DNA of 64,000 nt from contig JAPPOG010000003.1 of the NCBI GenBank assembly GCA_028818225.1, positions 24,572-88,571 of the forward strand, written 5' to 3'. This document shows, piece by piece, positions 34,528-43,451 of this stretch (positions within the stretch are counted from its first letter, which is position 1; every line of letters starts with the position of its first letter). The notes beneath the pieces were generated by a model. That model was not told where the DNA came from. It did not search any database and worked only from the letters and a program-made list of their open reading frames with translations. Source of the stretch: Gammaproteobacteria bacterium (GTDB lineage Bacteria > Pseudomonadota > Gammaproteobacteria > Pseudomonadales > Pseudohongiellaceae). Both the position numbers and the translations under genes were made by a program.

Positions 34528-34815
34528 CTAACTTTGCGACCTGCTCTTGAATACAAAATTGCGGAAAAGAATTGTAATCAGCACAAATAAGGAAATAAGC
34601 GGGTAGACACTAATGAATATGATGAGTGCAAAGATTAGGAGCACGAACATTGGATTAGTTACATTGTTAATAAGTACCAAATCCAGGTTGGCGTCTACAG
34701 TCAATATACCGCTAATAAGCGAGATTGCTCCAATTAATAGAAGGACAAGTAAAAACACTCCCCACCACTTCATGAAACGGTTGGTTTTTTGAAAGCATTG
34801 TTTCAGCGTATTCAA
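34528..34815 (-). CDS. Small hydrophobic membrane protein, AT-rich gene (hypothetical)
   Basis: 95-aa ORF with a TTG start (or internal ATG at 'MKWWGVF'). It has 2-3 TM segments, is markedly more AT-rich than its neighbours, and is separated from the upstream operon by a terminator. Confidence 0.4.
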   Translation of the reverse strand: MNTLKQCFQKTNRFMKWWGVFLLVLLLIGAISLISGILTVDANLDLVLINNVTNPMFVLLIFALIIFISVYPLISLFVLITILFRNFVFKSRSQS

Positions 34816-34825
34816 AATTTAATCC

Positions 34826-34866
34826 CCTAAAAGAAAAAGGCCAGAGTAACAATTACCCTGGCCTCT
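34826..34866 (-). terminator. Rho-independent terminator of the molybdoenzyme operon
   Basis: On the minus strand the stem is AGGCCAGGGTA / TACTCTGGCCT (34838-34864, one G-U pair), followed by TTTTTCTTTT. It lies 20 nt after the stop at 34884. Confidence 0.7.
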
Positions 34867-34883
34867 TATTCCAGTTACAGCGG

Positions 34884-37154
34884 TTAAGCTACGTCACCAG
34901 TCTCTTCAACGATAGTATTCAGATCGAAGTTGTTAATTGGTAACTGTCGAACCCGAACACCGGTGGCATCGAATACGGCATTGGCTAATGCGGGACCGAT
35001 GCCAGGAGTACCAGGCTCACCGGCACCACCAATAGCATGCCCACTGTTGATTACATGGGTTTCGATTTCAGGTGCCTGATTCATTCTTACCGATGGGTAG
35101 TCATGGAAGTTTGATTGCTCTACCGCACCATTTTCGATGGTGATCTCACCGTGCAGTGCAGCAGTTAGTCCATAAATTATGCCGGACTCCAATTGCGCTG
35201 CGATACCATCAGGCGCAACCGCCAAACCCGGATCGATTACAGCAACCACGCGATCCACTGCAACTTCACCGTCTTCAATCGTCACTTCAACCACCTGGGC
35301 AACGAGTGAGCCAAAAGACTCTTGCAGAGAGATGCCGCGGCCACGACCAGCCGGAAGTGTTCTGTTCCAGCCAGCTTCTTCAGCGGCTCTGGTTAACACT
35401 GCCAGGTGTCGAGGGCTGTCCTGCAGAAGTTCGGCGCGGAACTCGAATGGGTCTTTTTCCGCCGCATGGGCAGCTTCGTCAATAAATGACTCGGTGAAGA
35501 ATCCATGTTGAGAATGATCCACACTGCGCCATGCACCAAACGGAACATGAGCAGGACTGCTTACATATCCAATATCCTGCGCAGGAACTGCATAAGGAAT
35601 TAAAGGTGCCTCGATTGGTTCGTTCTTGTTGGTGTAAGTGTTTTCCCAGGCAAGCAGATTATTGTCCGAGTCGAAGGCAGCACGGAAGCGACTCTGTACT
35701 GCAGGACGGTAAAAATCCTGACGCACATCTTCCTCCCGCGACCAGATAAGTTGCACAGGCCGCCGGACTAATTGGGAAATTTGTGCTGCCTGAATCGCAT
35801 AATCAGGGCGTGCCTTACGACCAAAGCCGCCACCCATAGCATGGTTATGCAGAGTAACAGCCTCTTCGTCCAGGCCCAGAATTAGCGCTATATCACGGCG
35901 AAATCCCAGCGGATTTTGACAACCGACCCAGACTTCCGCCTTACCATCGCGTACATCTGCAGTTGCATTCAACGGCTCCATGCACGTGTGAGCAAGATAG
36001 GGTACGTGATAGTCGGCATCGATGACTTTCGCTGCGCTCGAGAACAATGAACCGGCGTCACCCTGGACACGATCAGTTTGCCGTTCTGTTTTTGCAGTAA
36101 TGTCGCGATCGAATTGGGCAAAGATGTCATCGCTGGAAGTTGATTCAAAGCCAGTTTCGGTCCATTCGACTTTGATTTCCTGTAATGCCCGATTAGCAGT
36201 CCAGTAGCTGTCGGCAACAACTGCTACCGCTTCCCCTGAAATAGTGCCGCCGAGCATACTTTCCACGGTCGATTCCGGAACGATTACGACGTCGACAACA
36301 CCTTCCATGGCCCGTGCTGCACCTGCATCAATGCTGGCGATGCCACCACCAGAAACCGGTGAGCGCATAATCGATGCATAGAGCATGTCGGGAACACGCA
36401 CATCCAGGGCAAATTCCAGGGAGCCATCAACCTTTGCCGGAATGTCATGGCGAGGTTTATGGGTACCTACGATTTTATATTCAGAAGGATCTTTAAGTGT
36501 TGGTGTTTGAGAAGGAGTCATCTCCGCAATCGTTGCGGCAAAAGTGGCGTATGGCTCTCTTCTGTTAGTAGCTGCATGAATCAGATGACTGTTTTCCGTA
36601 GTAATTTCGCTTACCGGAACACCCCAGGAACTTGCCGCCGCTTCCTGCAACATCTCCCGAGTTGCGGCACCGGCAATACGCATTGCCAATGTTCCAGTGG
36701 TCCGCACACTCATGCTGCCACCGGTAATTTGCATGTTGAGGGAATCCGCAACACGCATCATGGCGCCATCTACCGTTGGAATTAAGATTTCCGGAAAGTC
36801 GATGCCGGCGAGTAGATAGCCGCGACCCGCAGAATAGGTAGAGTATTCACCTATGGCTGGCGCTTCCTCTGTTAATAAATTATCCCAGTCAGCATCGAGT
36901 TCTTCTGCCAGCATTTGACCCAAGGCAGTTTGCACACCCTGTCCCATTTCGGAGTGAGGAATAATTGCAGTAATTGTGTTGTCAGAGTCGATTCTGACGT
37001 AAGAGTGAACTAATTGGCCGCCCTCGTCTCCTAATTTGCCGGCCAGGTCTTTAACCTGGTTGCCGGGACGCATGGCGACACCAACGACAACTCCGCCGCC
37101 AGCGACTAAACCAGTTGTTATGAATGCGCGTCTGGTCCACTTACCCATGATCAA
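34884..37154 (-). CDS. Molybdopterin-binding large subunit of an aldehyde-oxidase/xanthine-dehydrogenase-family enzyme (IorB-type), TAT signal
   Basis: '[22 protein letters not shown]' is a twin-arginine signal. At 756 aa, with 'GGGFGRK' and '[18 protein letters not shown]' near the C-terminus, it is typical of IorB-like subunits. It overlaps the small-subunit gene by 14 nt. Confidence 0.85.
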   Translation of the reverse strand: MIMGKWTRRAFITTGLVAGGGVVVGVAMRPGNQVKDLAGKLGDEGGQLVHSYVRIDSDNTITAIIPHSEMGQGVQTALGQMLAEELDADWDNLLTEEAPAIGEYSTYSAGRGYLLAGIDFPEILIPTVDGAMMRVADSLNMQITGGSMSVRTTGTLAMRIAGAATREMLQEAAASSWGVPVSEITTENSHLIHAATNRREPYATFAATIAEMTPSQTPTLKDPSEYKIVGTHKPRHDIPAKVDGSLEFALDVRVPDMLYASIMRSPVSGGGIASIDAGAARAMEGVVDVVIVPESTVESMLGGTISGEAVAVVADSYWTANRALQEIKVEWTETGFESTSSDDIFAQFDRDITAKTERQTDRVQGDAGSLFSSAAKVIDADYHVPYLAHTCMEPLNATADVRDGKAEVWVGCQNPLGFRRDIALILGLDEEAVTLHNHAMGGGFGRKARPDYAIQAAQISQLVRRPVQLIWSREEDVRQDFYRPAVQSRFRAAFDSDNNLLAWENTYTNKNEPIEAPLIPYAVPAQDIGYVSSPAHVPFGAWRSVDHSQHGFFTESFIDEAAHAAEKDPFEFRAELLQDSPRHLAVLTRAAEEAGWNRTLPAGRGRGISLQESFGSLVAQVVEVTIEDGEVAVDRVVAVIDPGLAVAPDGIAAQLESGIIYGLTAALHGEITIENGAVEQSNFHDYPSVRMNQAPEIETHVINSGHAIGGAGEPGTPGIGPALANAVFDATGVRVRQLPINNFDLNTIVEETGDVA

Positions 37155-37683
37155 CCTCCTCAGCGCTATTTGTCACGCTTTCGCTGTCCACACTTGCTAC
37201 GTTATAGAAGAGTTTGTCTTCTGACGACGCAACATCGACTGCTTTGATGGCATTACGAATGCGCCCGTACATACCGCAGCGACAAATATTGCCTTGCATG
37301 GCTGCGTCGATGTCGGCATCAGTGGGATTAGGATTGCTGGCAAGCAATGCTGAGGCTGACATGATTTGTCCTGATTGGCAGTATCCACATTGTGGCACCT
37401 GGTGATCAATCCAGGCTTGCTGCACTGGATGCAGTTCTCCAGACTGCGAGGATAATCCTTCGATAGTCGTCACGTCTCTGCCTTCTACTGAAGAAATGGG
37501 CGTGACACAGGAACGTATAGCCTGGCCATCGATATGGACGGTGCAAGCACCACACTGGGCGATACCGCAACCAAATTTCGTTCCCGTGAGCGCCAGTTGC
37601 TCACGAATAACCCACAGCAACGGCTTGGAGGGATCCACGTCCACTGTCTGCTGTACGCCATTAACTCTAAAAGTCGTACTCAT
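37141..37683 (-). CDS. [2Fe-2S]-binding small subunit (IorA-type) of the same oxidoreductase
   Basis: '[12 protein letters not shown]', '[10 protein letters not shown]' and 'NICRCGMY' form the two 2Fe-2S cysteine clusters. ATG 37683 (GGAG 6 nt upstream) is preferred over the track's TTG 37695. Confidence 0.9.
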   Translation of the reverse strand: MSTTFRVNGVQQTVDVDPSKPLLWVIREQLALTGTKFGCGIAQCGACTVHIDGQAIRSCVTPISSVEGRDVTTIEGLSSQSGELHPVQQAWIDHQVPQCGYCQSGQIMSASALLASNPNPTDADIDAAMQGNICRCGMYGRIRNAIKAVDVASSEDKLFYNVASVDSESVTNSAEEVDHG

Positions 37684-37754
37684 CAAATTCTCCAACTGTT
37701 AAATCAGATTGAATTCATTTTCAGCCTGGTCTGTTGATATTGGATGAATATTAC

Positions 37755-37795
37755 CAAAAAAAACAAGCAGCAAGAGGCTGGAACTTGCTGCTTGT
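37755..37795 (-). terminator. Terminator-like hairpin plus U-run lying upstream of the oxidoreductase operon (possible attenuator or insulator)
   Basis: Perfect 12-bp stem ACAAGCAGCAAG / CTTGCTGCTTGT (37763-37774 / 37784-37795) with a 9-nt loop. On the minus strand it is followed by 7-8 T (complement of A56-A63). It sits 72-112 nt upstream of ATG 37683. Confidence 0.5.
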
Positions 37796-37811
37796 AGTGT
37801 GTTCCGATTTA

Positions 37812-37847
37812 ACATTCTGACATTTTAGGTTCCATTTGTCAGAATGT
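37812..37847. promoter_or_regulatory. Perfect 11-bp inverted repeat, candidate TetR operator
   Basis: ACATTCTGACA (37812-37822) and TGTCAGAATGT (37837-37847) with a 14-nt spacer, in the divergent region between the oxidoreductase operon and the TetR gene. The right arm overlaps a TTGTCA hexamer. Confidence 0.55.
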
Positions 37848-37879
37848 AATGGCACAATACTACACTATAAATTCAGAAA

Positions 37880-38506
37880 GTGCACTCAACTCAGTATTTC
37901 GTTATGGTCAGGTCTAAGCAGTCGACAGAGCAATCTCAGGCGAAAAAGGATGCAGTATTCGAAGCCGCAGCCGAAGTTTTTGCCCGTTATGGTTACCGAC
38001 GGACGACAATGAATGACATTGCAGAGGCAGCCGGTATCTCCCGCCCCGCCCTATACCTGATATTCGAAAACAAGGAAAACCTCTTTTGCGAACTCTCTGA
38101 CTTTCGCCTGAATCAGGCCATCGATGTCGCGATTGATGCTTTGGCAACTAGCGGAGAACTTAGAAGAAGATTTATCCAGGCACTATTGATCTTCGAAAAG
38201 GTTTATTACGAACCCGTATCCAATTCTCCCCATGGTGAGGAATTAATGGATACTAATCAGAGTCTGGCTGCCGATGTGATGATGAAAGGATTCGCCAGAT
38301 TGGTAACTGCATTTGCGAACGAATTAAAAGAAGCAGAACAAAATGGTGAGGCCAGTTTTGACAATACGCCACTTACCCCTAAAACATTTGTTGAGTTACT
38401 AATTTCCGCCTTAGGGGGAATTAAAAAGAAAGCAAAAAATACCGCGGACTTCAGAAGACAAACCGAACAAGTAGCACAGATATTTTTAAGTTCGATTGTA
38501 GATTAA
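37880..38506 (+). CDS. TetR/AcrR-family transcriptional regulator
   Basis: 'AAAEVFARYGYRRTTMNDIAEAAGISRPALYLIF' is a classic TetR HTH. The start is GTG 37880 or ATG 37904. Confidence 0.9.
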   Translation: MHSTQYFVMVRSKQSTEQSQAKKDAVFEAAAEVFARYGYRRTTMNDIAEAAGISRPALYLIFENKENLFCELSDFRLNQAIDVAIDALATSGELRRRFIQALLIFEKVYYEPVSNSPHGEELMDTNQSLAADVMMKGFARLVTAFANELKEAEQNGEASFDNTPLTPKTFVELLISALGGIKKKAKNTADFRRQTEQVAQIFLSSIVD

Positions 38507-38518
38507 ATCTGCGCCCGT

Positions 38519-39562
38519 TTACTGCCAGACACAAAGTCCCAGTGACTGTGAGTCATCAGCTTCCAGATCGTCCGGAGCCAACAAGCGCTCGATACCATCT
38601 GCGCAGACTAGAATCCGATCTCCCTGTCCGGCCAGGTCCAGGAGAATTTGATCGAGATGTCGGTATTGCACATCGTGACCACCATCCGGGTATATTCTTA
38701 CCGTCACATCCGCGTTCGGATAGGCCTCATACCAGTCTTCCGGGTTTAATGTCCTCAATACCTGATCTTGCAGGCCCAGGTACACGTAGACCGGTGCAGT
38801 GATATGGGCGGAATCAAGCTCATTTTCAGTACAATACAACCCGATTTCATGTAGCAGCGGCGCTGGATCGGCAGACTGTCCTCTCAGATTGTGAGCCCTT
38901 GCCGCCTCATCGAAGGCAGTTGCCTGAAAGCCTTCGATCTGATGCAGGGGACTGTCTGGCGGAAAACCAAAAAACTCCATGGGATAGCGCAGCATTTCAG
39001 TATAAGCATTGGCTGCTGAATTATTACAGCCTTGAGGATTTCCAATTGCAGGATTGGTTGCAGCCATATGAATCGATAACAATCTCTGGGAATTAGTCTC
39101 GGCAATTTTTGCTGTATAAGGTCCGCCTCCCGAGATACCAAACAACGCAAATTCTTCAATGTTTAAATGGGCCAAGACCTGTTCAACGTCATTGACATAG
39201 TCGCTCATGTCCAAGTTTTCATCGAACTCCGTTTGACCGAAACCGTTTCTTTCAATAGTAATGAAGCGAAGATTAAGATCAGCTCGCATCGTTTCTAAAA
39301 AATCCAATAAACGGACGGCACGAACTGAAGTGCCGAGCCCACCGGTAAACACGACAGGTATTCCACTCTCATTGGCATCGTCGATGTAGTTAATTACTCG
39401 ACCGTCTGTCGCAGTTAATTGTTCAACGGTCGGTCCCAGGCTATCGAAATTAGCTTGATAATCTATTTGAGCAAGCAAGCCAGGTGAGCCAACTACAAAC
39501 AAGAAAACAAGAGATGTTGTTAAATTCCTTTTGATTCGCAACCAACAAGTGAATATGTCCAT
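38519..39562 (-). CDS. Secreted alpha/beta-fold hydrolase
   Basis: Nucleophile elbow 'LFGISGGGPY', 'VVFTGGLGTS', and the C-terminal His context 'YPDGGHDV'. Signal 'LVFLFVVGSPGLLAQ'. Confidence 0.8.
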   Translation of the reverse strand: MDIFTCWLRIKRNLTTSLVFLFVVGSPGLLAQIDYQANFDSLGPTVEQLTATDGRVINYIDDANESGIPVVFTGGLGTSVRAVRLLDFLETMRADLNLRFITIERNGFGQTEFDENLDMSDYVNDVEQVLAHLNIEEFALFGISGGGPYTAKIAETNSQRLLSIHMAATNPAIGNPQGCNNSAANAYTEMLRYPMEFFGFPPDSPLHQIEGFQATAFDEAARAHNLRGQSADPAPLLHEIGLYCTENELDSAHITAPVYVYLGLQDQVLRTLNPEDWYEAYPNADVTVRIYPDGGHDVQYRHLDQILLDLAGQGDRILVCADGIERLLAPDDLEADDSQSLGLCVWQ

Positions 39563-39629
39563 AGTAGCGCGTCGTCAAGATATAAAAATTGGCAAACCTA
39601 ACAGCCTGTAAAAAAGAGACGAAAAATAA

Positions 39630-40700
39630 TTACTCTAAAAAATCCACGATTGTTTGATTGATAAATGCTGCATCGTCAGGTGAACTTCCACCTCCGGCAA
39701 AATGCCCCCAGGAAGTGGGTATGACTGTGAACTGGACGTCCGGAATAAACTGAGCCTCATGCCTTAATGCATCGATATGAAAATACATGTCAGTCTCACA
39801 GGGCATATAAAGTACTTTTGCCTTTATGGATCTTAGTGCTGCGGCGTAGTCACCGTTAAATCCCGGAGTGTCTCCAACATTATTGTTCTGCCAGGTATTT
39901 GCCAGCCAGATATAATCATTGGCATCCAGGTTGGAAAAAAGATTCTGAAAGAAAGTATTTACTTCCTCCAGGGAGCTTAAGCCCAACTGTTCAAATTCTC
40001 TGTTTCGATACCATTCCTGGGAAGTCCCCCAGGCCGACCAGTGAGTACCCCCTGCTGCCAAGCCTACTAAAGGTTGCTCTGTGTAGTTGCCACCGTTATA
40101 AGCGGCATCGGCCATGATTGCAGACTTGAATCCTTCCAGACGCATCACTCCGTGCGGATGCTCGACCGCCGAGCCACACCAACCTACTGAATACTCCATA
40201 AAATCCGGGTAGCTTACTGCCCATTGGAAGGCCTGTTGTGCGCCCATGGAAAATCCAAGTACGGCGACAATTGATGACACACCAAATTCTTCAGTCAGTA
40301 AACGATACCCCGCTTCTATATTGTCTCTGATGGCGATGGCTGGAAAGTTTGGTCCACTGAAAGGAGGTGGGGTATTACTGGGAGAGCTGGATAGTCCATT
40401 TTGAAACATATCCGTGGCGACAATAAAATACTTCGATGAATCGAGCGCTCTACCCTCACCAATCAGGAAATCGTAGCCGTGGTGATCACCGCCATAGAAT
40501 GAAGGAACCAGTAAAACGTTATCCCGGGAGGCATTAAGCGATCCATGAGTGACATAGGAAATTCGGGCAAGCGGCAACACGGTTCCGCTCTCTAGCTGAA
40601 AATCATTTATCTCAAAAACTTTATGATCGCCGTCGGCCCTGACACTTTGGGCGAACGTGAGAGTACTTAGCAAAATAAGCTGGAAAACTGATCTTTTCAT
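39630..40700 (-). CDS. Secreted alpha/beta-fold hydrolase (homoserine-acetyltransferase-like subfamily)
   Basis: 'VLGFSMGAQQAFQWAVSYPDFM' (GxSxG) and the C-terminal 'SWGHFAGGG'. Signal 'LILLSTLTFAQSVRA'. Confidence 0.75.
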   Translation of the reverse strand: MKRSVFQLILLSTLTFAQSVRADGDHKVFEINDFQLESGTVLPLARISYVTHGSLNASRDNVLLVPSFYGGDHHGYDFLIGEGRALDSSKYFIVATDMFQNGLSSSPSNTPPPFSGPNFPAIAIRDNIEAGYRLLTEEFGVSSIVAVLGFSMGAQQAFQWAVSYPDFMEYSVGWCGSAVEHPHGVMRLEGFKSAIMADAAYNGGNYTEQPLVGLAAGGTHWSAWGTSQEWYRNREFEQLGLSSLEEVNTFFQNLFSNLDANDYIWLANTWQNNNVGDTPGFNGDYAAALRSIKAKVLYMPCETDMYFHIDALRHEAQFIPDVQFTVIPTSWGHFAGGGSSPDDAAFINQTIVDFLE

Positions 40701-40964
40701 TATCGATTCCTCTTATCGGGGTACTAAGCCTTGGGTTTTAAGCACAAATTAACTAAATGGCAATGCAAAGGGGCGTTCAATCCGATAGTAAATAGTGGCT
40801 CCTATCATGCCATGTCGACACTTTATTTTCAGAGCCGGCGCTTTACAATGGCTAAATAAGTAACCGAAGCTGCTCCTGCCGTGCTGCTACCGCCTCCGTA
40901 TCCATTAGTGCAGCAGTAGATTGAATTCACGAGGTGGTAGACGTGAATCATTAGGAATCTTGCC

Positions 40965-41330
40965 GTGAGCGACGCTGAACAAAAATTTTATAGCGATTTG
41001 AATAGCCTGCCCTCTCTGCCCCGAGATGAAGAGGGTCCGGTATTTGCCGAGCCCTGGCAGGCGCAGGCTTTTGCTATGGCGGTAGATCTTTCCAAGCAGG
41101 GACTATTCTCATGGAAAGAGTGGGCGCAGGCATTAGCTGACGAATTGAAACTGGCCGCCGAGCGTGGTGATCCCGATGACGGATCCCGCTACTATTACCA
41201 CTGGGTGACGGCATTAGAAAAATTAATTCTGGCAAAGAATGTCGCGGCACAAACTGAATTAACCGATATTAAATCTGCCTGGGAACAAACCTACCTGCGC
41301 ACTCCGCATGGCGAAGCTGTAGAACTCTAG
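40965..41330 (+). CDS. Nitrile-hydratase accessory/activator-like protein (orphan)
   Basis: 'LPRDEEGPVFAEPWQAQAFAMAVDLSKQGLFSWKEWAQALADEL...YYYHWVTALEKLI...TPHGEAVEL' follows the conserved pattern of NHase accessory proteins as I remember it. GTG start with AGGA 8 nt upstream. Confidence 0.6.
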   Translation: MSDAEQKFYSDLNSLPSLPRDEEGPVFAEPWQAQAFAMAVDLSKQGLFSWKEWAQALADELKLAAERGDPDDGSRYYYHWVTALEKLILAKNVAAQTELTDIKSAWEQTYLRTPHGEAVEL

Positions 41331-41353
41331 TGTTTCATGCAAAAAAATGAACG

Positions 41354-41812
41354 CTAGCGACGATAAAATGGTTTACGATTTTTAACTGCATCCAGTAAGG
41401 ACCAATCCCCTTCAATCACAACATAGCCTTCAGGAAATGGTGGCCCCGGTCGTCGATCATAGGCAATCAATACACGCGCATCTTGATAGTAAGCACGTAG
41501 CAACATTGCAATGTAAACCTTAAAGAACGAATGCACTTGTTTCGGCCATTGCTTTTCATAGTCAGCAATCCAGTTATCAAAATGGGTCCTATCCCAAGCA
41601 GTTACTACAGCAGCCCCTCCTTCTTGCTTTATTAGCTCAAAAAGAAGACTTTGTAGTTGTATTAATTGTTCGGCGGGATTTTCGAGTACGCATTGAAAAA
41701 TTACTTCATCGTCAGCGGCTGGAAGCCCACCCTCTTCCGACGCAGGAATTAAAGCACTCGCAATCCGCTTGAGTAGACTTAATTCTTCTGCACTAAAAAC
41801 TTTTTCTTTCAT
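41354..41812 (-). CDS. Small partner protein of the GMC oxidoreductase (gluconate-2-dehydrogenase subunit-3-like, tentative)
   Basis: 152 aa, 18 nt downstream of the GMC gene. 'LLKRIASALIPASEEGGLPAADDEVI' resembles the N-terminal motif of that family. No signal peptide. Confidence 0.5.
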   Translation of the reverse strand: MKEKVFSAEELSLLKRIASALIPASEEGGLPAADDEVIFQCVLENPAEQLIQLQSLLFELIKQEGGAAVVTAWDRTHFDNWIADYEKQWPKQVHSFFKVYIAMLLRAYYQDARVLIAYDRRPGPPFPEGYVVIEGDWSLLDAVKNRKPFYRR

Positions 41813-41830
41813 TCTGGTACTTATTCTTTC

Positions 41831-43429
41831 CTAATCAAAAAGGGACGCATCACCAAGTCGCTGTTTAATTGCATCAGCAATATAGAGTGCCGTTGCCTGA
41901 ATAGTAGACGTTGGATTCACACCACCGCTGGTTACAAACAGACTTCCGTCAATTATGAAGAGGTTTTTGACATCGTGAGTTCTGCCCCATTCATTCACCA
42001 CCGAAGCCTGGCGGTCATTTCCCATACGAGCTGTGCCCAGGTTGTGCCAACCGGCATAAGGCAATGGATTTTCGACTCGGGTTATTTCAGCTGCACCTGC
42101 TGCTTCGAATAATTCTCGTCCTCGTTCCGCAGCAAAAGCCAGTATCTTCTTACTGTTTTCGCTGATACGGTATTCAATCTTTGCCGCTGGTATGCCATTT
42201 GAATCTGTCAGTGATTCATCAAGCGTCACGCGATTGGTTTCTTCCGGCAGGTCCTCGCAAACGGCAGCAACCGCCATCATGCGGTCGGCCAGTTTTCTAT
42301 AACCAGCATGATGCCCTTCACCCCAGGGAACTCGATTTCCAAGCATACCGAGCATTGCCGTGGTAACTGGCCCATGACCTCGATGCATTTCAAAGGAAAA
42401 ACCACGGACAAAGCCGCGCGACTCATCGGTTTCATAAAATTCATGTGATTGGATGCCCTTATGGGGGCCGCGACTTCCATCCAGTTGTTCTTCGAACAGG
42501 GCTTCGACAACTGTGTATGGGTGGAACATTAAATTTTTACCAACTAATCCACTGCTATTAGCCAGGCCATCAGGAAACAAATTTGATTTTGAATTTAGCA
42601 ATAAACGTGGTGTACCAATTCCATTACAGGCAAGTACAACCATCTGTGCTGATTGATGCTGTTCTTTTCCTTCTTTGTCGAAGTAAGTCACACCAGTCGC
42701 CATGCCATTACGACCAAGCGTAATTTCACGTACTCTACAATTCGTTAATAAATGAATGCCCTGACGCTGGGCTTCGGGCCAGTAAGTAATATCCACACTG
42801 GCCTTTGCACCCTGGGCACAGCCAATGCCACACAAGCCCATGTTTATGCACTTGTCGCGGCCGCCATAAGCTTCGGTATTGATTGCAACGTCCGCCGGCC
42901 ACCAGTGCCAATTCAGGGCATTGTAACCACGCGCCAGTGCAGTACCTGATCGTCCTAAAGGAAGCGGCGGCATCGGCGGTTGTTTAGGTGGGTAGGCGGG
43001 ATCACCAGCCAATCCCGCTACCCCCATCATTCTGTCATTCACTTCGTAAAATGGAGCAAGGGTTTCGTAATCGATAGGCCAATCGTCAGCTACGCCATCC
43101 AGAGTTTTCACTTTAAAGTCTGAAGGATGCAAGCGAGGGAAATGAGCAGCGTATAAAATCGTCCCCCCTCCTACACCATTAAAATTAGCTACTGCTATAT
43201 CTGATTGTTCGTTATTTATTGGATAGTCCGCTGGTGCGCGGCGTATATTGGGATCGGAACTGAAGTCATTACGCATTTCCCAATTGGAACTCGTGGCTGG
43301 GTATTGTGTATGGTCGATCCAATCGCCTTGCTCCATACAAACGATTTTCATCCTGGTATCGGCAAGACTCCAGGCAAAGGCTGCGGCTGAAGCTCCTCCG
43401 CCTACGATTAGTACATCGACATCATCCAT
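41831..43429 (-). CDS. GMC-family FAD oxidoreductase
   Basis: 'VDVLIVGGGASAAAFAWSLAD' near the N-terminus and the C-terminal 'GGVNPTSTIQATALYIAD'. The start is set at ATG 43429 to avoid overlap with the upstream gene. ATG 43489 or TTG 43549 are possible but lack an SD. Confidence 0.85.
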   Translation of the reverse strand: MDDVDVLIVGGGASAAAFAWSLADTRMKIVCMEQGDWIDHTQYPATSSNWEMRNDFSSDPNIRRAPADYPINNEQSDIAVANFNGVGGGTILYAAHFPRLHPSDFKVKTLDGVADDWPIDYETLAPFYEVNDRMMGVAGLAGDPAYPPKQPPMPPLPLGRSGTALARGYNALNWHWWPADVAINTEAYGGRDKCINMGLCGIGCAQGAKASVDITYWPEAQRQGIHLLTNCRVREITLGRNGMATGVTYFDKEGKEQHQSAQMVVLACNGIGTPRLLLNSKSNLFPDGLANSSGLVGKNLMFHPYTVVEALFEEQLDGSRGPHKGIQSHEFYETDESRGFVRGFSFEMHRGHGPVTTAMLGMLGNRVPWGEGHHAGYRKLADRMMAVAAVCEDLPEETNRVTLDESLTDSNGIPAAKIEYRISENSKKILAFAAERGRELFEAAGAAEITRVENPLPYAGWHNLGTARMGNDRQASVVNEWGRTHDVKNLFIIDGSLFVTSGGVNPTSTIQATALYIADAIKQRLGDASLFD

Positions 43430-43451
43430 AGTATTGCCAAGTTCTACGTTT

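Noticed and set aside
37684-37811. Moco riboswitch upstream of the molybdoenzyme operon
   Set aside because: The candidate leader is only about 115 nt and consists mainly of one simple hairpin plus a U-run. I cannot see the multi-stem Moco RNA architecture.
21242-37847. Shared TCTGAC half-site between the 14-bp palindrome (21242), the ATTCTGGAA/TTTCAGAAT repeat (25441-25465) and the TetR operator candidate (37812-37847), suggesting one regulon
   Set aside because: The common core is only a hexamer, which is expected dozens of times by chance in 64 kb on both strands. Arm lengths and spacers also differ.
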